Source of the DNA: Balanoglossus misakiensis
Lineage: Eukaryota; Animalia; Hemichordata
Reading direction: 5' to 3'
NCBI GenBank assembly: GCA_040954595.2
Contig: CM082587.2
Location: 7,491,705 to 7,555,704, forward strand
DNA: 64,000 nt
Each line of letters opens with the position of its first letter. Within the stretch, counting starts at the first letter, position 1. The translations under genes and the position numbers were made by a program. The notes below the pieces were generated by a model that was given only the letters and a program-made list of their open reading frames with translations, did not search any database and was not told the origin of the DNA. Shown piece after piece: positions 28,201-40,500 of this stretch.

Positions 28201-31200
28201 AAAGTTGCCTACTCTATGATTTAGCAGTATACTAATAATTCATGCACGCTAAGCAAAGCAGGCGATTTTGCCTGCAGATCTTTGAAACCCTGGAACAGCT
28301 GTGTCACAGATCTGTGAAGAACCATGCGTGGGTCATGTCTGTCTTATGAAATGCGCAATATGCTGATTGATTTTAACTTAATGTTACAACTGCTTTGTCT
28401 CAAGCACCTGTTGCGCCTGACGAAAACGTGACATCAAGTATCGCTGAGGGATACTGCATTGTACATCCAAACAGGGGTATTTATTCTTTTCTATTTATAT
28501 TCCGTTTATATGAAAGCCTGTTAGGGACATTTCGTAAAGCAAAAAAATTTTTTTTTATCTCGTGAGCACGACATACTAAGTTGTGAGCACGACATACTAA
28601 GTCGTGAGCACGAGATACTAAGTCGTGCGCACGAGATAATTATCTCGTGCTCACGAGATACTAAGTCGTGCGCACGAGATAATTATCTCGTGCACACGAC
28701 TTAGTATGTCGTGCTCACGACTTAGTATGTCGTGCTCACGAGATAAAAAAATTTTTTTTGCTTTACGAAATGTCCCTAACGGGCTTTCATACGTTTACAA
28801 TTATGTGCTTCAATATTGAATTCACAGCAAATGTATGCCAGCATTACCAGCAAATACACAATGTTTGGCGCCGAGTGTATTCCTTTATGGGGGCTGGTTC
28901 TTCTATGATAGGTTGATGGTCATGAGATACATGTACAAACCTGCTTGAGTTGAAGTGTTCTAGATGTTTTCACAAAAGAACGTATAGTGGGCGAAACAAA
29001 GTATGCTTATGTGTGTTTAGAGCAAGAAGGGAGGGTCTGTGTATAGAGAAACGTGTTACATGTATCTAGGTATCTTACGGAGATCTGCCATGAATGCTAA
29101 TTTGGGAACTGCATCTTGGGTACTGCGGCCGGATGAAGACATTACTACGTCATTTTAACGTAGGGTTATCTTGCAACACGCAGGTGTTGTGCTTGCTGAT
29201 AAATTCACCATAGAATGTTATCAATGGGATGAACAGTTTTGTTGCGAAGACAGCGAGACGGATGATAAACTAGTGTACGAGTTGAGAAGCCAACATGAAC
29301 ATTCATCGGACATGGGCGATTTGATTTACAGAAGCAAGAACAGCTCTTTTCCACCAATCCTGTTACCGAGTGGCAAGCCCGAGAACAACTACGTTATTCA
29401 TTTTGTAGTCCTCGTCACGGATGCCTGTGGTCAAACCAGAAATTTCGAGATGAACGCAACAGTAAATATAAAGAACACATTTTCTATTGGGCAACAGACT
29501 GTTAGCGTCTTATGCGTTTCGTACGAGTGGCACCTGCAACTGTGGTGAAGAAAGAAACCTGTTTTATATGAGAAAAATATTATAGAATATCGATGGAAAC
29601 TACATAACAGTAATTTTTGGGGGTTTTCCTTAACCGCATTGGTATTGCCGTATATAATATCTTTCAACAGAATGGTTAGATGCAAACTTGAAAATTCGAA
29701 CAAAAAAGGGGGGGGGGATGTGCTGTGCCTATATATACACACAAAGCCAGAAAGCTAGTTTTACCATTAACATTATTCGCTCTTTTGCTTCAAGGTGTTT
29801 GAGATGGACACACTTGAGTTGGATCTGGCATCCATAACTCGGATCTTAAACGTCACCGGCGACATAAGACAGGCTCTGAACGCCCTCAATGTGATCGCCC
29901 AAATGACGAGTTCTACCCTTCAGGTGGGTTATCTATATGCTACGAAGCGAGTACATGTATATTGTTACTTTAGAGTTGAATTAAACCAGTATACCATTAA
30001 CTCCCATTGTATGGTGACGTTGTTTATATCTCACAGTATGAATGAATTATGGCATATTTATCGATGTCATGCAGAATTAACTTATTCAGTAAATATTATC
30101 ATCAGCAAATGAACCGAAACGTGATTGTCTTGTTGAAGATACTGACTGTATCACGTCACACTTCCCAGCCATTTGTTTACTCAATAAATTAGTGCACCTT
30201 TAACATCACTTCACTAAATTGGATAAAACTCGTAATCGATATTGATTTCAAGTCATCTTAATGTATTATAAGATAATTAGTAACTATTCAATTTTGCATT
30301 AATTATCGAGATCCTGCGATCAACACTGTACGTCAATAGTCACTGGACCCAGTGTGTTAGAACGTGTCAGAGATACTATTTGCATATATATTGGATAGCG
30401 AAAAGTTGGTCTGATTTATCTTGCAGCAAGAAAGTGTGCAAACGCATGTTTAAAGCCACGTGATAAAAATCTATTCGGGTGTATAATCCTATTTACTTAC
30501 GTAGCCACAAATGTACAGTGACGTATTTGTTTATTCCAGACAAAGACGGCAATGATTAACACGCTCGAGAACCTGAGTTCGTTTGGAAATAAGACACCTG
30601 AAATTTTGGAAGAGATATCCCAGATACTCGGATATATCACAAGAAGCTTCAATCCCATGGAATTGACCATGGATACAAAGGTAACCGTCTATTTATAACG
30701 GTAAAACAGAATAGCCCTCTGACAGGCATGGGACGCATATACATTATTTTATAGCCTATTGGTGTACGGAACTTTTGGATAATCGTCTCAGTAAACGTAT
30801 CTAGGCCTATACAAAGACCTAAACAAATAATGTTAATATATTGACTTTTGGCTTTACAGATTGCAGCTCTTTCCGTTATCAACAACACGGTCGCGTCGCT
30901 TTCGCTGATAAGTACAAACGAGACCGTCTGTGATGTCAGAGCCGTTCGGAACACTGTGAGAAGTATGTACATGCCATTACATCTACGTCTGACATTATTC
31001 CGCATCTCTCCAGACTGTAGTTGGCGCTGTTAGTATATTCTTTATTCGACAACTCACGGCACGTTCGGGGCCTGATACTTATCAAACTTTTACAATTGAC
31101 AGCTTCCAAAGCTGACTATACAAATTCAGTTTAAACGTATTTGATGGTAAATGTGACTTGTTACGAGTGTAACGCAAACAAGGCAAGATAGGGCAGCTAC

Positions 31201-34002
31201 GTTCAGATCAGCACTACAATACACAGCACATTACAGAAAAATTAAGTTCTTAGGTGACATTACAGAGAATTACATTCGTAGGTTCATTTACATACCTCAT
31301 TCATTACCCTTAACTTGCAGATATTCTTGTCTCGTCTTCAGTAATCTCTGGTTCAATGATTCCCGACAGCACACAAAACAACACAAGAGCAGACACAGCT
31401 CAAGTGAGTATTGCAAGGTTGATCTAATTGTGTCCCGCTAAAATAGTAGAAGTAAGCACGCGTTGTTCGTCATTATGGGTCCTTGTGGTGTACATGTATT
31501 GTTTAAATTGTATAGCAGTATGCTTGAATATGTCGCGAAAGGTTTAGATTTTAGGAATTCATTGCATTGGTTTGCTCAGCCAAATAATGTCAATCTGCGG
31601 TGGAATAAAATCGTTTGGTCACATTGCTCAAACTTGGTCAATGTGTTCAGGCATATAGACAAAACATTGTCGACTAAATTCCAGTCATTGCATTATTTTG
31701 TTGCGAATGTTTATTATTTAAAAACGAGAATACGAAAAATCCTAAGTTAAGAAGATTTTCAGTTTTACCGATCATACCTCCTTACTCAGTAACCGGCATT
31801 CACACAGGGGCAGGCAGTGTTGGTTAGCTTAGTGAAGGTTATAGATGTTGCTCTTGACGCCGTCCTATTAACACTGGTGTCTGGAGACGAGGGACCATTC
31901 ACACTCGACACCGAGAACATGGCAGTAATAGTCGAGAGGAGAAATGTTTCTGACATCCAAGGCAAACACCTGACTTCGAAGTTCGGAGGTTTCCTTTTAC
32001 CAGAAACGTCACAAACAAACGGAACTCAGGATGACGTTCGACTGGTTAAGGTAATTAATTCTCCCAGTGTACTTAAATAATGATGGTAAAAGAATATCCC
32101 TTTTGCTGTATGTAAGTACATACATGTGTTAGCTATATATTCCTGTAGCTTCTTTAATACCCATTTCAGGGAATATATCACAGGGAGAAAGTCAGTTAAT
32201 ATGGGATTATTCAGAAAAAATAAGTCAATTTTATGCCCTTCTTTTTGAGGGCATGTATTTAAATGTTGCGGAATATGAAAATGGTGGGTATTGTACGTCC
32301 GAAAAGACTAAGCATTACGTCAGGGCGTGAGAACAACCCTTACCACTCTTTAGAAATATATTATGTAAATGGTGCGATATATGAAAAGGGTGGAAGTTTT
32401 ACGCCAAATAGGACCAAGCAGTACTTCGGTTCTATCTTGTCTATGCTGTCAGCAAATCTGAAGTTCTTTGTATTCCCGCTCATTGTTTTCACTGTCCCTT
32501 TCATTTATTTCAGTTCCTTGCGACAAACGTAAATGTACACATGTATGACTCTCCTCCTGTTCTGGTGAGATCTCCGGTCGTTACCTTGGAAATCACCGAC
32601 AAGGACGGCTCCAGCTGTCCATTACAAGGCGTGTACACCATCACTATCACCAAGGCCAATGTCACCAATAACCCATCCGCCACTGGCAGTAGACTTGAGA
32701 TCTCAAAACCGTCCCCCGCGGCGTTTACGTTCAACACCACGCAACCTGGCAGTATGGTCTCCATAACGCTGCAGTCTGACGTTGACGGGTCATCAGTTAT
32801 GTATGGAGTGTACATTCAGGCAGATTCCATGGCAAATGAAAGCAGCCACGACGGCGGCTGGAAGGTCCCTGGTCATCCTGCCCAGACTGTGGTATACAAT
32901 GCGACACGTACTGCCACCTACTATGTCCTTATCACCACCGGTAATTAGCAACACTAGCATTAAGGATATCCATATATTCAGCAAAAAAAAAATATTCTCG
33001 AAGGAAAAATCCACGTACCTAGGGCAGTTTATTCACTAACATCTTTATTCTAATATTAACTTACCATAACACGCAAAAAAATCGATACGTTCGGAAATGA
33101 CTTGTCGGTATTCCAATAAAATCACATTTCCGTCGGTGTGTTTGTAAGTGGCGTGCAACTTATTTAGCAGAGGTATAGGAAATGAGATTTGGCGCCGATA
33201 AAAACATCTTTTTGGCTAGCTTTGTATGGTAATTATTGGTATTATTGATAATCAAATTTTGCTTATCATGGGGGCATAATATACTATAGTAAAACCTACG
33301 GCATTTATTTTAAAAGAAGTAACTATAATTTCAGGAATATGACTAAAACGTGCAATTAGAGGACAGAGACAACTATCAAAAATGTTGATATAAGTGTCCA
33401 TCAAATTCTTGCGTTTCTCGATTGTAGTATTTTCTTTCCTCCAGAACTTGTCATTTAAACTGTCAAAATATCCCCCCTTTAACTGATGATTGTTACTTTC
33501 TACTGCAGATCATCAAGGCAAGGCTTCTGATAGCCACGGTGTATGGATCTCCATTTCAATCAACATCTGTCGTTTTTGGAATGAACAGAGAGGAGCTTGG
33601 GACTCCGAAGGATGCTGGGTAATAGACTCCATAACCGTTCAGGTGTTATTTATTTCTCCAAAAAATATGTCAATCAATACGTGCATATATGAATGACTGT
33701 AAATGTTGCAGACTATCGGTCTGAATAATGCTAAATTAGAAAATTAGTTTGAACGTGAGTTCAAAGGTAAAGTTTGTAGGTCGTTAGTTATTTTTCACTG
33801 CAGCTGCTACGGACGATTATCAGTCGATACGAAAAGATGTAACTATGCAAAATTTGTGAGGATCTTGTGTTACAAATAACAATATGCATTCTTTTCTTTG
33901 CAGCCTGAGAAATCAACCGATGTACACACGTTGACGTGCAAGTGTAATTATTTGCCATCTCTCAAGCAAACTGAGCAATCGACATGTAAAGATTTAACAT
34001 AG
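25279..34002 (+). CDS. Polycystin-1/REJ-like ectodomain-only protein B: signal peptide, C-type lectin, Link module, C-terminal REJ segment, GAIN, degenerate GPS; 14 exons, about 808 aa
   Basis: Exons 25279-25305, 26124-26169, 26354-26743, 27343-27621, 28405-28476, 29184-29461, 29795-29923, 30540-30680, 30860-30962, 31321-31403, 31808-32050, 32514-32940, 33509-33618, 33904-34002, all phase-compatible. CTL (SCY..AREHC..YWIGG..YICE); Link (VFH..C..MAT..C.GGWL..YP..CG..GVIDYG..FDVYCY); REJ (GYCIVHP.RG...FTIEC..WD); GPS CRFWNE...WDSEGC...CKCNYLP. Confidence 0.87.
27880..28104. repeat. Degenerate tandem units with catggttgccatggaaa / ttttcaccca motifs
   Basis: About 90-bp unit repeated 2-3 times in an intron of gene B. 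Confidence 0.6.
28509..28791. mobile_element. Fully palindromic MITE with internal 21-bp repeats and 6-bp TSD (CGTTTA)
   Basis: TATGAAAGCC.GTTAGGGACATTTCGTAAAGC...GCTTTACGAAATGTCCCTAAC.GGCTTTCATA; CGTTTA at 28503-28508 and 28792-28797. Confidence 0.9.
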
Positions 34003-34548
34003 GTGTTACTCTTGTAAATATTGCGCACGCTCGAGTTAGTGGACAAATGTACAGTGTATAAGCAATGAATATGAAATCACCATCGTCGCAAACCACGGCC
34101 CTTTTACGGCAGCGCTCTGCTCCCTGCAAAAAGGCCGTGTATTCAGTACATGTATTTGGTCTAGGCGCTTTCATAGTACATCCAACAACCAATCAGATTG
34201 CTTGTTACATCCCATTCACGCATCTCATTACATCTAATCCAACAAGCAGTTTCACACAAAATATTTGTTCAAAAGTGGCAAAAACACAAATATGCAAATA
34301 TCACCAAAATTGTACAATATCTTACAAGGAACATGCCTGCCAAAGTTCAATGGAAGGGAATCAAACAAATATGTATATACCTTAAAGGCATGAGGTTCCC
34401 GGTTTAACCAAATTGTGTTCGTACAATAGACCCAACCGTATCATTTTGAACAAAGACACCAGGAATAACATAGTCAATTTGTACTATAACCTAACATTTT
34501 GAAGATGATGTATCTAAATGCACACGCAGTGCACATGTACTTCCCACA

Positions 34549-37500
34549 CTACAGTGGTTGGCACGTTGCCTTATCTCCGCATCTCTTTGACGTTTGGTCA
34601 CCACATGCCAGGAGCACACGCCTTGGTGTTGCTGGAGCGTCCAGACAGAATTGGCCACCTAGTCCAATGTCTTTACGAGCGGAGTGGATAGCATTCTTTG
34701 TAGCGAAGAAAACAGACGATGCCAGCAACAGGGGCGGTTCACCAATACCCTGTAAGCCAACAGAAATAAAATTGACTCACCTCAATAAGCACTGCACCAA
34801 AAACTACTGTAAAAACGTGTTATTTTCGTGAAATACGCGAGAGCCAAAATAACGTGAAAATAAAAAGCCACGTAATTTTTTTCGGAGATAATGATGCAGT
34901 AAATGAAATAAGAGAACACAAACATTAATACTCGCGAAACAGTTGCCACTTTTGATATCGCGAAAATTTCATGTCGCGAAAATAACACGTTTTACAGTAA
35001 ATAAAAAATGTCTGCAATTTAACATTTTTGAGCAATGGAATTCCTCGGAGTATTCGGAGGTATATTTCACCAAACGACACAAAAGAAGCAGGATGTGATC
35101 ACGAGTTCACGAATGGATCCTAATCTTGTCAGAAATCAAAACTACTGCAGCATTTGCATCAATCTGATTAAAAGCAGATGTAGGGAACGGCGCCGTTTCC
35201 TACATCTGATTTTAATCAGATTGCATTTGCGTGTTCTGTGAAACATTACTCACATGGGTGTTTACCAAATAGATACACATGCAATTCCAATATGCTCCAC
35301 GTTTTTGAAGAAATGAATCCGAGTTGTGATTGCTATTTCTGTTGTTTTGGAGGTATTCACCAAACCATGCCTTATTGCAAATTTATTGGGCTACAGCTTA
35401 ACTGCAGGTGAGGTTAATTTTTTACCTGTTGTGCTCCCAGTCACAAGTTCTAACGCTTACAATGTTAAAGTTCCATTATATTTTTAAAAAAAACATCAAA
35501 TCAGTTTTTGAGGAGCGTGACATCACGGTCTGAAAAATTGAATAAATGTCTTGCATTTACCTTTGACGAGTAAATGTGCCCCGGACATTCTGAGTTCTTT
35601 AACAGTGAAACGTTGAATTCTTTCGGTATGTCGTGAACACGTGGTATTCGGTATGCGCCTGGCCCGCTATTGATTAACTCTCCTTTGTTTGACCAGGTTA
35701 TTTCTTCCCTCATGAAAAGTCCATATCCTTGTATGAAAGCACCTTCAATCTGAAAACAATTGCGTGTCACACGGGTAATTCTTCACGTATACTCAATAAA
35801 AGGACATAAACAAAATGGATACATGTCCACCCACAAGACTGAAGTGTCGAGGTCAACATGCGCCTGAGAGTCGAACATATGGGTCGCATTGTGTACAAAA
35901 AATAACATGCAAATGTAGACATAGTGCAAATCAGCATGAATGTGTATATCACAGTACGTTGTCCACCATTTACAATTAACAATAGGTAAATCGTTTGGTC
36001 GCAAAATGCCACTCGCACAATTATAAGCTATATATTACCTGTCCAATATCAATCGCTGGATTAATGCTTCTACCACAATCCATGACAATATCGGTACGTA
36101 GTAATGTATGTTCTCCTGTTAAGACATCTATTTCAACTTCTGAACAGGCTGCTCCATAAACAACGTAACATAATCTCCCATCAACTCCCCCACTACGAAA
36201 ATATATATATATGGTGGTGAAGCTGGAAAGTTTTGTAGATGGTATAATGTACAACATGCTACATTTCTTGAATTGGACATATTTATGTTTTTCACAGTGC
36301 GAATGCCATATCGCGAAAATAACAGCCTTTAAATAGCCTTTATGGCACTATACTGTCAGAATATCCCTGCATTGCTCGTGCAACACTATTAATACAAGAC
36401 TTTATTCTGAAAGTTGCCAGCCTATACAACAGGATATTAATTGTTTCAGGAAGGAGAACATAAAATCATCAGACAGTTTCAAAAGGCTATGCCCAGACAT
36501 AATCTTCTACCGGTAAATGTATTTGAAAAATTCAATGCAACAACAGAAGACCTGACATCATACATAACATCAGACTCCGACTAACTGAAGGACTTGTAAC
36601 TGTACTGCTTGGAGAGCCAATGCAGTTGACTGTATTGTTTTCAAATCCCCCGAAACAGTCACCTTGGTAAATAACTGATGGGCACTTAAGGGGATTTTGA
36701 TTGTGTTATTTCTTTGCTCTATGTAATATCTTCATCATGCATCGGACATCATCATAGGAGAAACCATAATGATATAGTGCTTGCATTTGCGTGACGTTAC
36801 TTTACACCATTGATATAATTATGTCCATCCGATTGAATTTAAACTATTTGACTACTGCTGACTGTGTGTGTGGATGTGTGTGTCTGCCTGCTGTCCGTTC
36901 GTATATCTGTCTGTCTGTACTTAATGTTACCGTCATAAATTTCGCTATCACACCACAACACCTAACAAATACAGATCTAGAATACTAAGTAGAACTTACG
37001 TGAAGAATCCTGTTGCACAAAGGTTGATTCCATCCAAATAAGCTTGCAGTACCTATTAAAATTTCAAAAGCAATGATAAAGTACTTTTACTCTAGGTAAA
37101 AGTAATTGCTGCCTACCTAAGTGAGTGATGAAAGTCTCAAAAGGTCGACACAATTTCAAGATGGGCGATTTTTAAGAAATTAAAGTTCATAAGCTAAAGT
37201 GATTTTGGGTCATTCTGAAACTTTGTTAGAGAAAAAATAACAAAATGTGATTAAAGTCGAATGAGTTTATTATGCTAACTACACAGACACATGTTTGACC
37301 AAAAAGAAGTCATGAAATACATTAATATACCAATTATTCAAACATTTACTACAGAGTTGTCAACCTTTTATCCAGAAAAAGATTATTATAATGTGATGTG
37401 ACCCCCTAGCACGTAGTATAAAACCTACTTACGGGAGTAACCATTTCAGTCAAGCTTAGGTAAATACTTATATGTAGGTGTGTGTGTGTGAACACGCGAG

Positions 37501-40500
37501 TTAAAATAAAGAATGAAGGAAACCTCATCCATCCCACCACTTAGTTACTGAAAACTCTCTTATTCACGAAAACATCTGACGTTTGTATGTGCACCCTGAC
37601 AGTGCCCGGTTTGCTTTACAGCCACTTACCCACTCCTTCCAAGTTCCTCCAGGTTTGGCATCAACATACGGTTGTAGTTTGCTTTTGATCTTTTCACATG
37701 CTTTCTTCATTGGATAAAAAGTGCAACAGATTTTAAAAAAATGATTACGAATTATATTTCAGGATACCGTGCACATATACGTATCAAAGACAAGTTTGCA
37801 ATTATGCACCGGTAGTAGATGCTGATCAGTGAAAAATTATTGACGTGTATGCGTTAAATGTCCACGAGAAGGAAGTTTCTGAAATATGCATAGAAGAGGC
37901 CCTTGTCACATTCTCAAGAGACTGATGAACGTTTACAGAATTCAGAGCCCAGAATAATTCATGCTCATCGGATATTGACAGATGATGATAACAATTCGCA
38001 CATGCTGGAAAGAATAATTAGGGAGGCAGATTTGAGCACACACACAAACAAAAAAACAAACAAACAAACAAACAACAAGAAATACGTCGGGTGGTAGAAA
38101 TATGAAAGGATTTGTTGAGGCAGAAATTCACCTCTGTGAAAATTTTGGCGCCTCGTTAGACAAAATATCCCCAACTCGTGTGACAAATCTGATCACAGGT
38201 CCATGGGGTGTAAGATTTTAGTATTTCCCGATACCTTTACAGCATTCCCATTCATATCTGTGCTGATACTCGATGATGTTGGAGATACATTTGGTATTAC
38301 TTGCACTCCGGCAGCTGATACACCAATGCACTCGGTTGGTATCCCAAGTTCGTGGCTTGCTATCTGGATAAGCTTGGTGTGAAGCCCTTGTCCCATCTCA
38401 ACTCCGCCAACGTTAAGAAAAACAGATCCATCAGTGTGCACTAGAACGAGGGCACCTCCCTGTTAATATGTGGACATAACAGAGGGTTATTCTTCAATCT
38501 CAAATGCCAATATTTAATGAGTTGAATGGAGTCGGATCCTGCCCTCAACCGCGCGTGTGATTGAGGCACAGCCCAAATAGCAACACAGCTGCAACACTCG
38601 GCAGTCATGGCCAGTTCTTGACGGGTACAATCTGTCTACCAAACTTGGGAGGGGTCCACTACCCGAAGAGCCAACAAAAGCAATTCCAGCTATAAAAATG
38701 ATTAATAAACCATGCGAAAAAGTCTTGATAATAGCGAACGCAGCGTCGACAACTTTTTGCCGGGGCTTGATGCTTGTCGGAAATGCCATAGGAAAGGAAC
38801 GTAAGTCGAATTGCCGAAACTATAAATAATCGACCATCTCGTTAGTCTTCAGTGTTTATTTATCTCCCACAAACAGAGCAAAATGGCCAGAAGTGGTTGG
38901 CTTCATGTGCAATGCAGGGATTTAATATATATTTTCGAGAGACCGCTAATGAGTGAAAGTAAGAAAGACAAAAAAAAATACTTTTGTCATATAGGTCTCT
39001 TCACCCAACCCGATGTCATAATTGAGGAAGTGGTCACCCAACCCTCGCAGCTACATGTTTTCGAAGATTGAAAATGTTTCTTTCACTTTATGAAGTTGTA
39101 TTGTTTGTGGACTTATCATGTTCCCTTTGGTGAAGCATATGGCTTTGGATTAATTGCGAGATAACATAAGTAAACAAATAAGAATGCTTAACTTGCTTCT
39201 GTGTTTACAGGATGTGAATCAGAGATTTTTCAATTATCAAAATCGTCCCGAAAATGTGTTATTTCGAAGTTCAATGAAAAGTTGTTCGATTACACTTTCA
39301 CATAGCAAACACTGCACTTAAAATGCAACCTTACCATCTGATACGTTTTACCAATATCCCCGACCATATAGTCAACTGGGATGATCGAAATCCCTCTTTT
39401 CACCCATCTATGACACCTGAAACAACAACATTGTGTAACGTTCATTTTCGTCCGTCCTAATCGTCGGTACCAACAAAAATGTATAGCAGAACTATTCTCA
39501 TGTTATTGGAACTCAGGCTACCAGAAAGTAAAAGGTGGCAACAGCGGAGTTGCGCAATATGCCGTGTGTCCTGAGACATGTATTAACATGTACCCTCCTG
39601 TTTGTGAAGTGTCTTTTAGGGAGTTATAAGAGGTCAAGAAACAATGTTAACAAAAGGGTGAATTTTACCTGTTGAAGATTTCAATATCCTTTTGTCGATT
39701 TAAAAAGTCACTTGAGATGAGACATTCCTCCCAACACTGCTGTCCGTAACATTGCTCAACAGCTTGGCCATCATCCTCAAAATTACGTTCTCTAACCTGT
39801 GATGAAGCAATATACCAGTCTGTCAGTTACTTATTCTGTCGATCGGTCATTAACCATTAACCGATCAATCGATCAGTCAATCAATTGATGAAATAGTGCA
39901 GGTCAATCTAACGACCGACCGGACGACCCTGACTGTGGACCAACCAATCAATCAACTCTGAAGAAATGGGAAGGTATGCACATGCGCAAGTTTTGACACG
40001 ATCGAATTTCGTAATGGTGGCGCATTATAGTTGTGAACAGGAAGACAGTGATTTTTTGCCGCAATTTATTGGGTCGATCGGGTGAGTTAAGTAGGGGGGG
40101 GTGTCCATCGATTTTGTGAGTCTTGTTAATGCTTAGTATAAAGTTTGAGACTCTGGAAATGCCAAAGATCATTATATTTCGTCGATTCCAGAAACGTGGC
40201 CAGTAAGAGCTTTCAAAACTTAAATTTCTTCATGTGATGTTGGGTATCAGAAGGCCAGAACATCGCGCAAGCACTCATACGACGCGAAACCTGGAGATCA
40301 TCTTACATACCGATTTAATGTTTTTGCCACTTAACAATAATAAAAGACCGAGAAAGCAGTACTACATGCGCATCTGTGTCAAATACCGCACTTCCTGCAT
40401 ACAGTTAATATAATTCGTCTGTGAGATTCGCCTTGCGTGTATTTCCCCTGACACATAATAACAAGCAGAATTCCAGGTTTACCTTTGAATGGCTCTTGTC

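Noticed and set aside
28559-28745. Regularly spaced palindromic repeats resembling a CRISPR array
   Set aside because: No unique spacers, eukaryotic intron context, and part of an inverted-repeat MITE.
13819-34002. Genes A and B as one long PKD1-like gene
   Set aside because: Gene A has its own GPS and stop codon, and gene B has its own start exon and signal peptide.
38500-38800. GC-richer intronic stretch with a 91-aa ORF
   Set aside because: No recognisable motif, splice support or terminal repeats.
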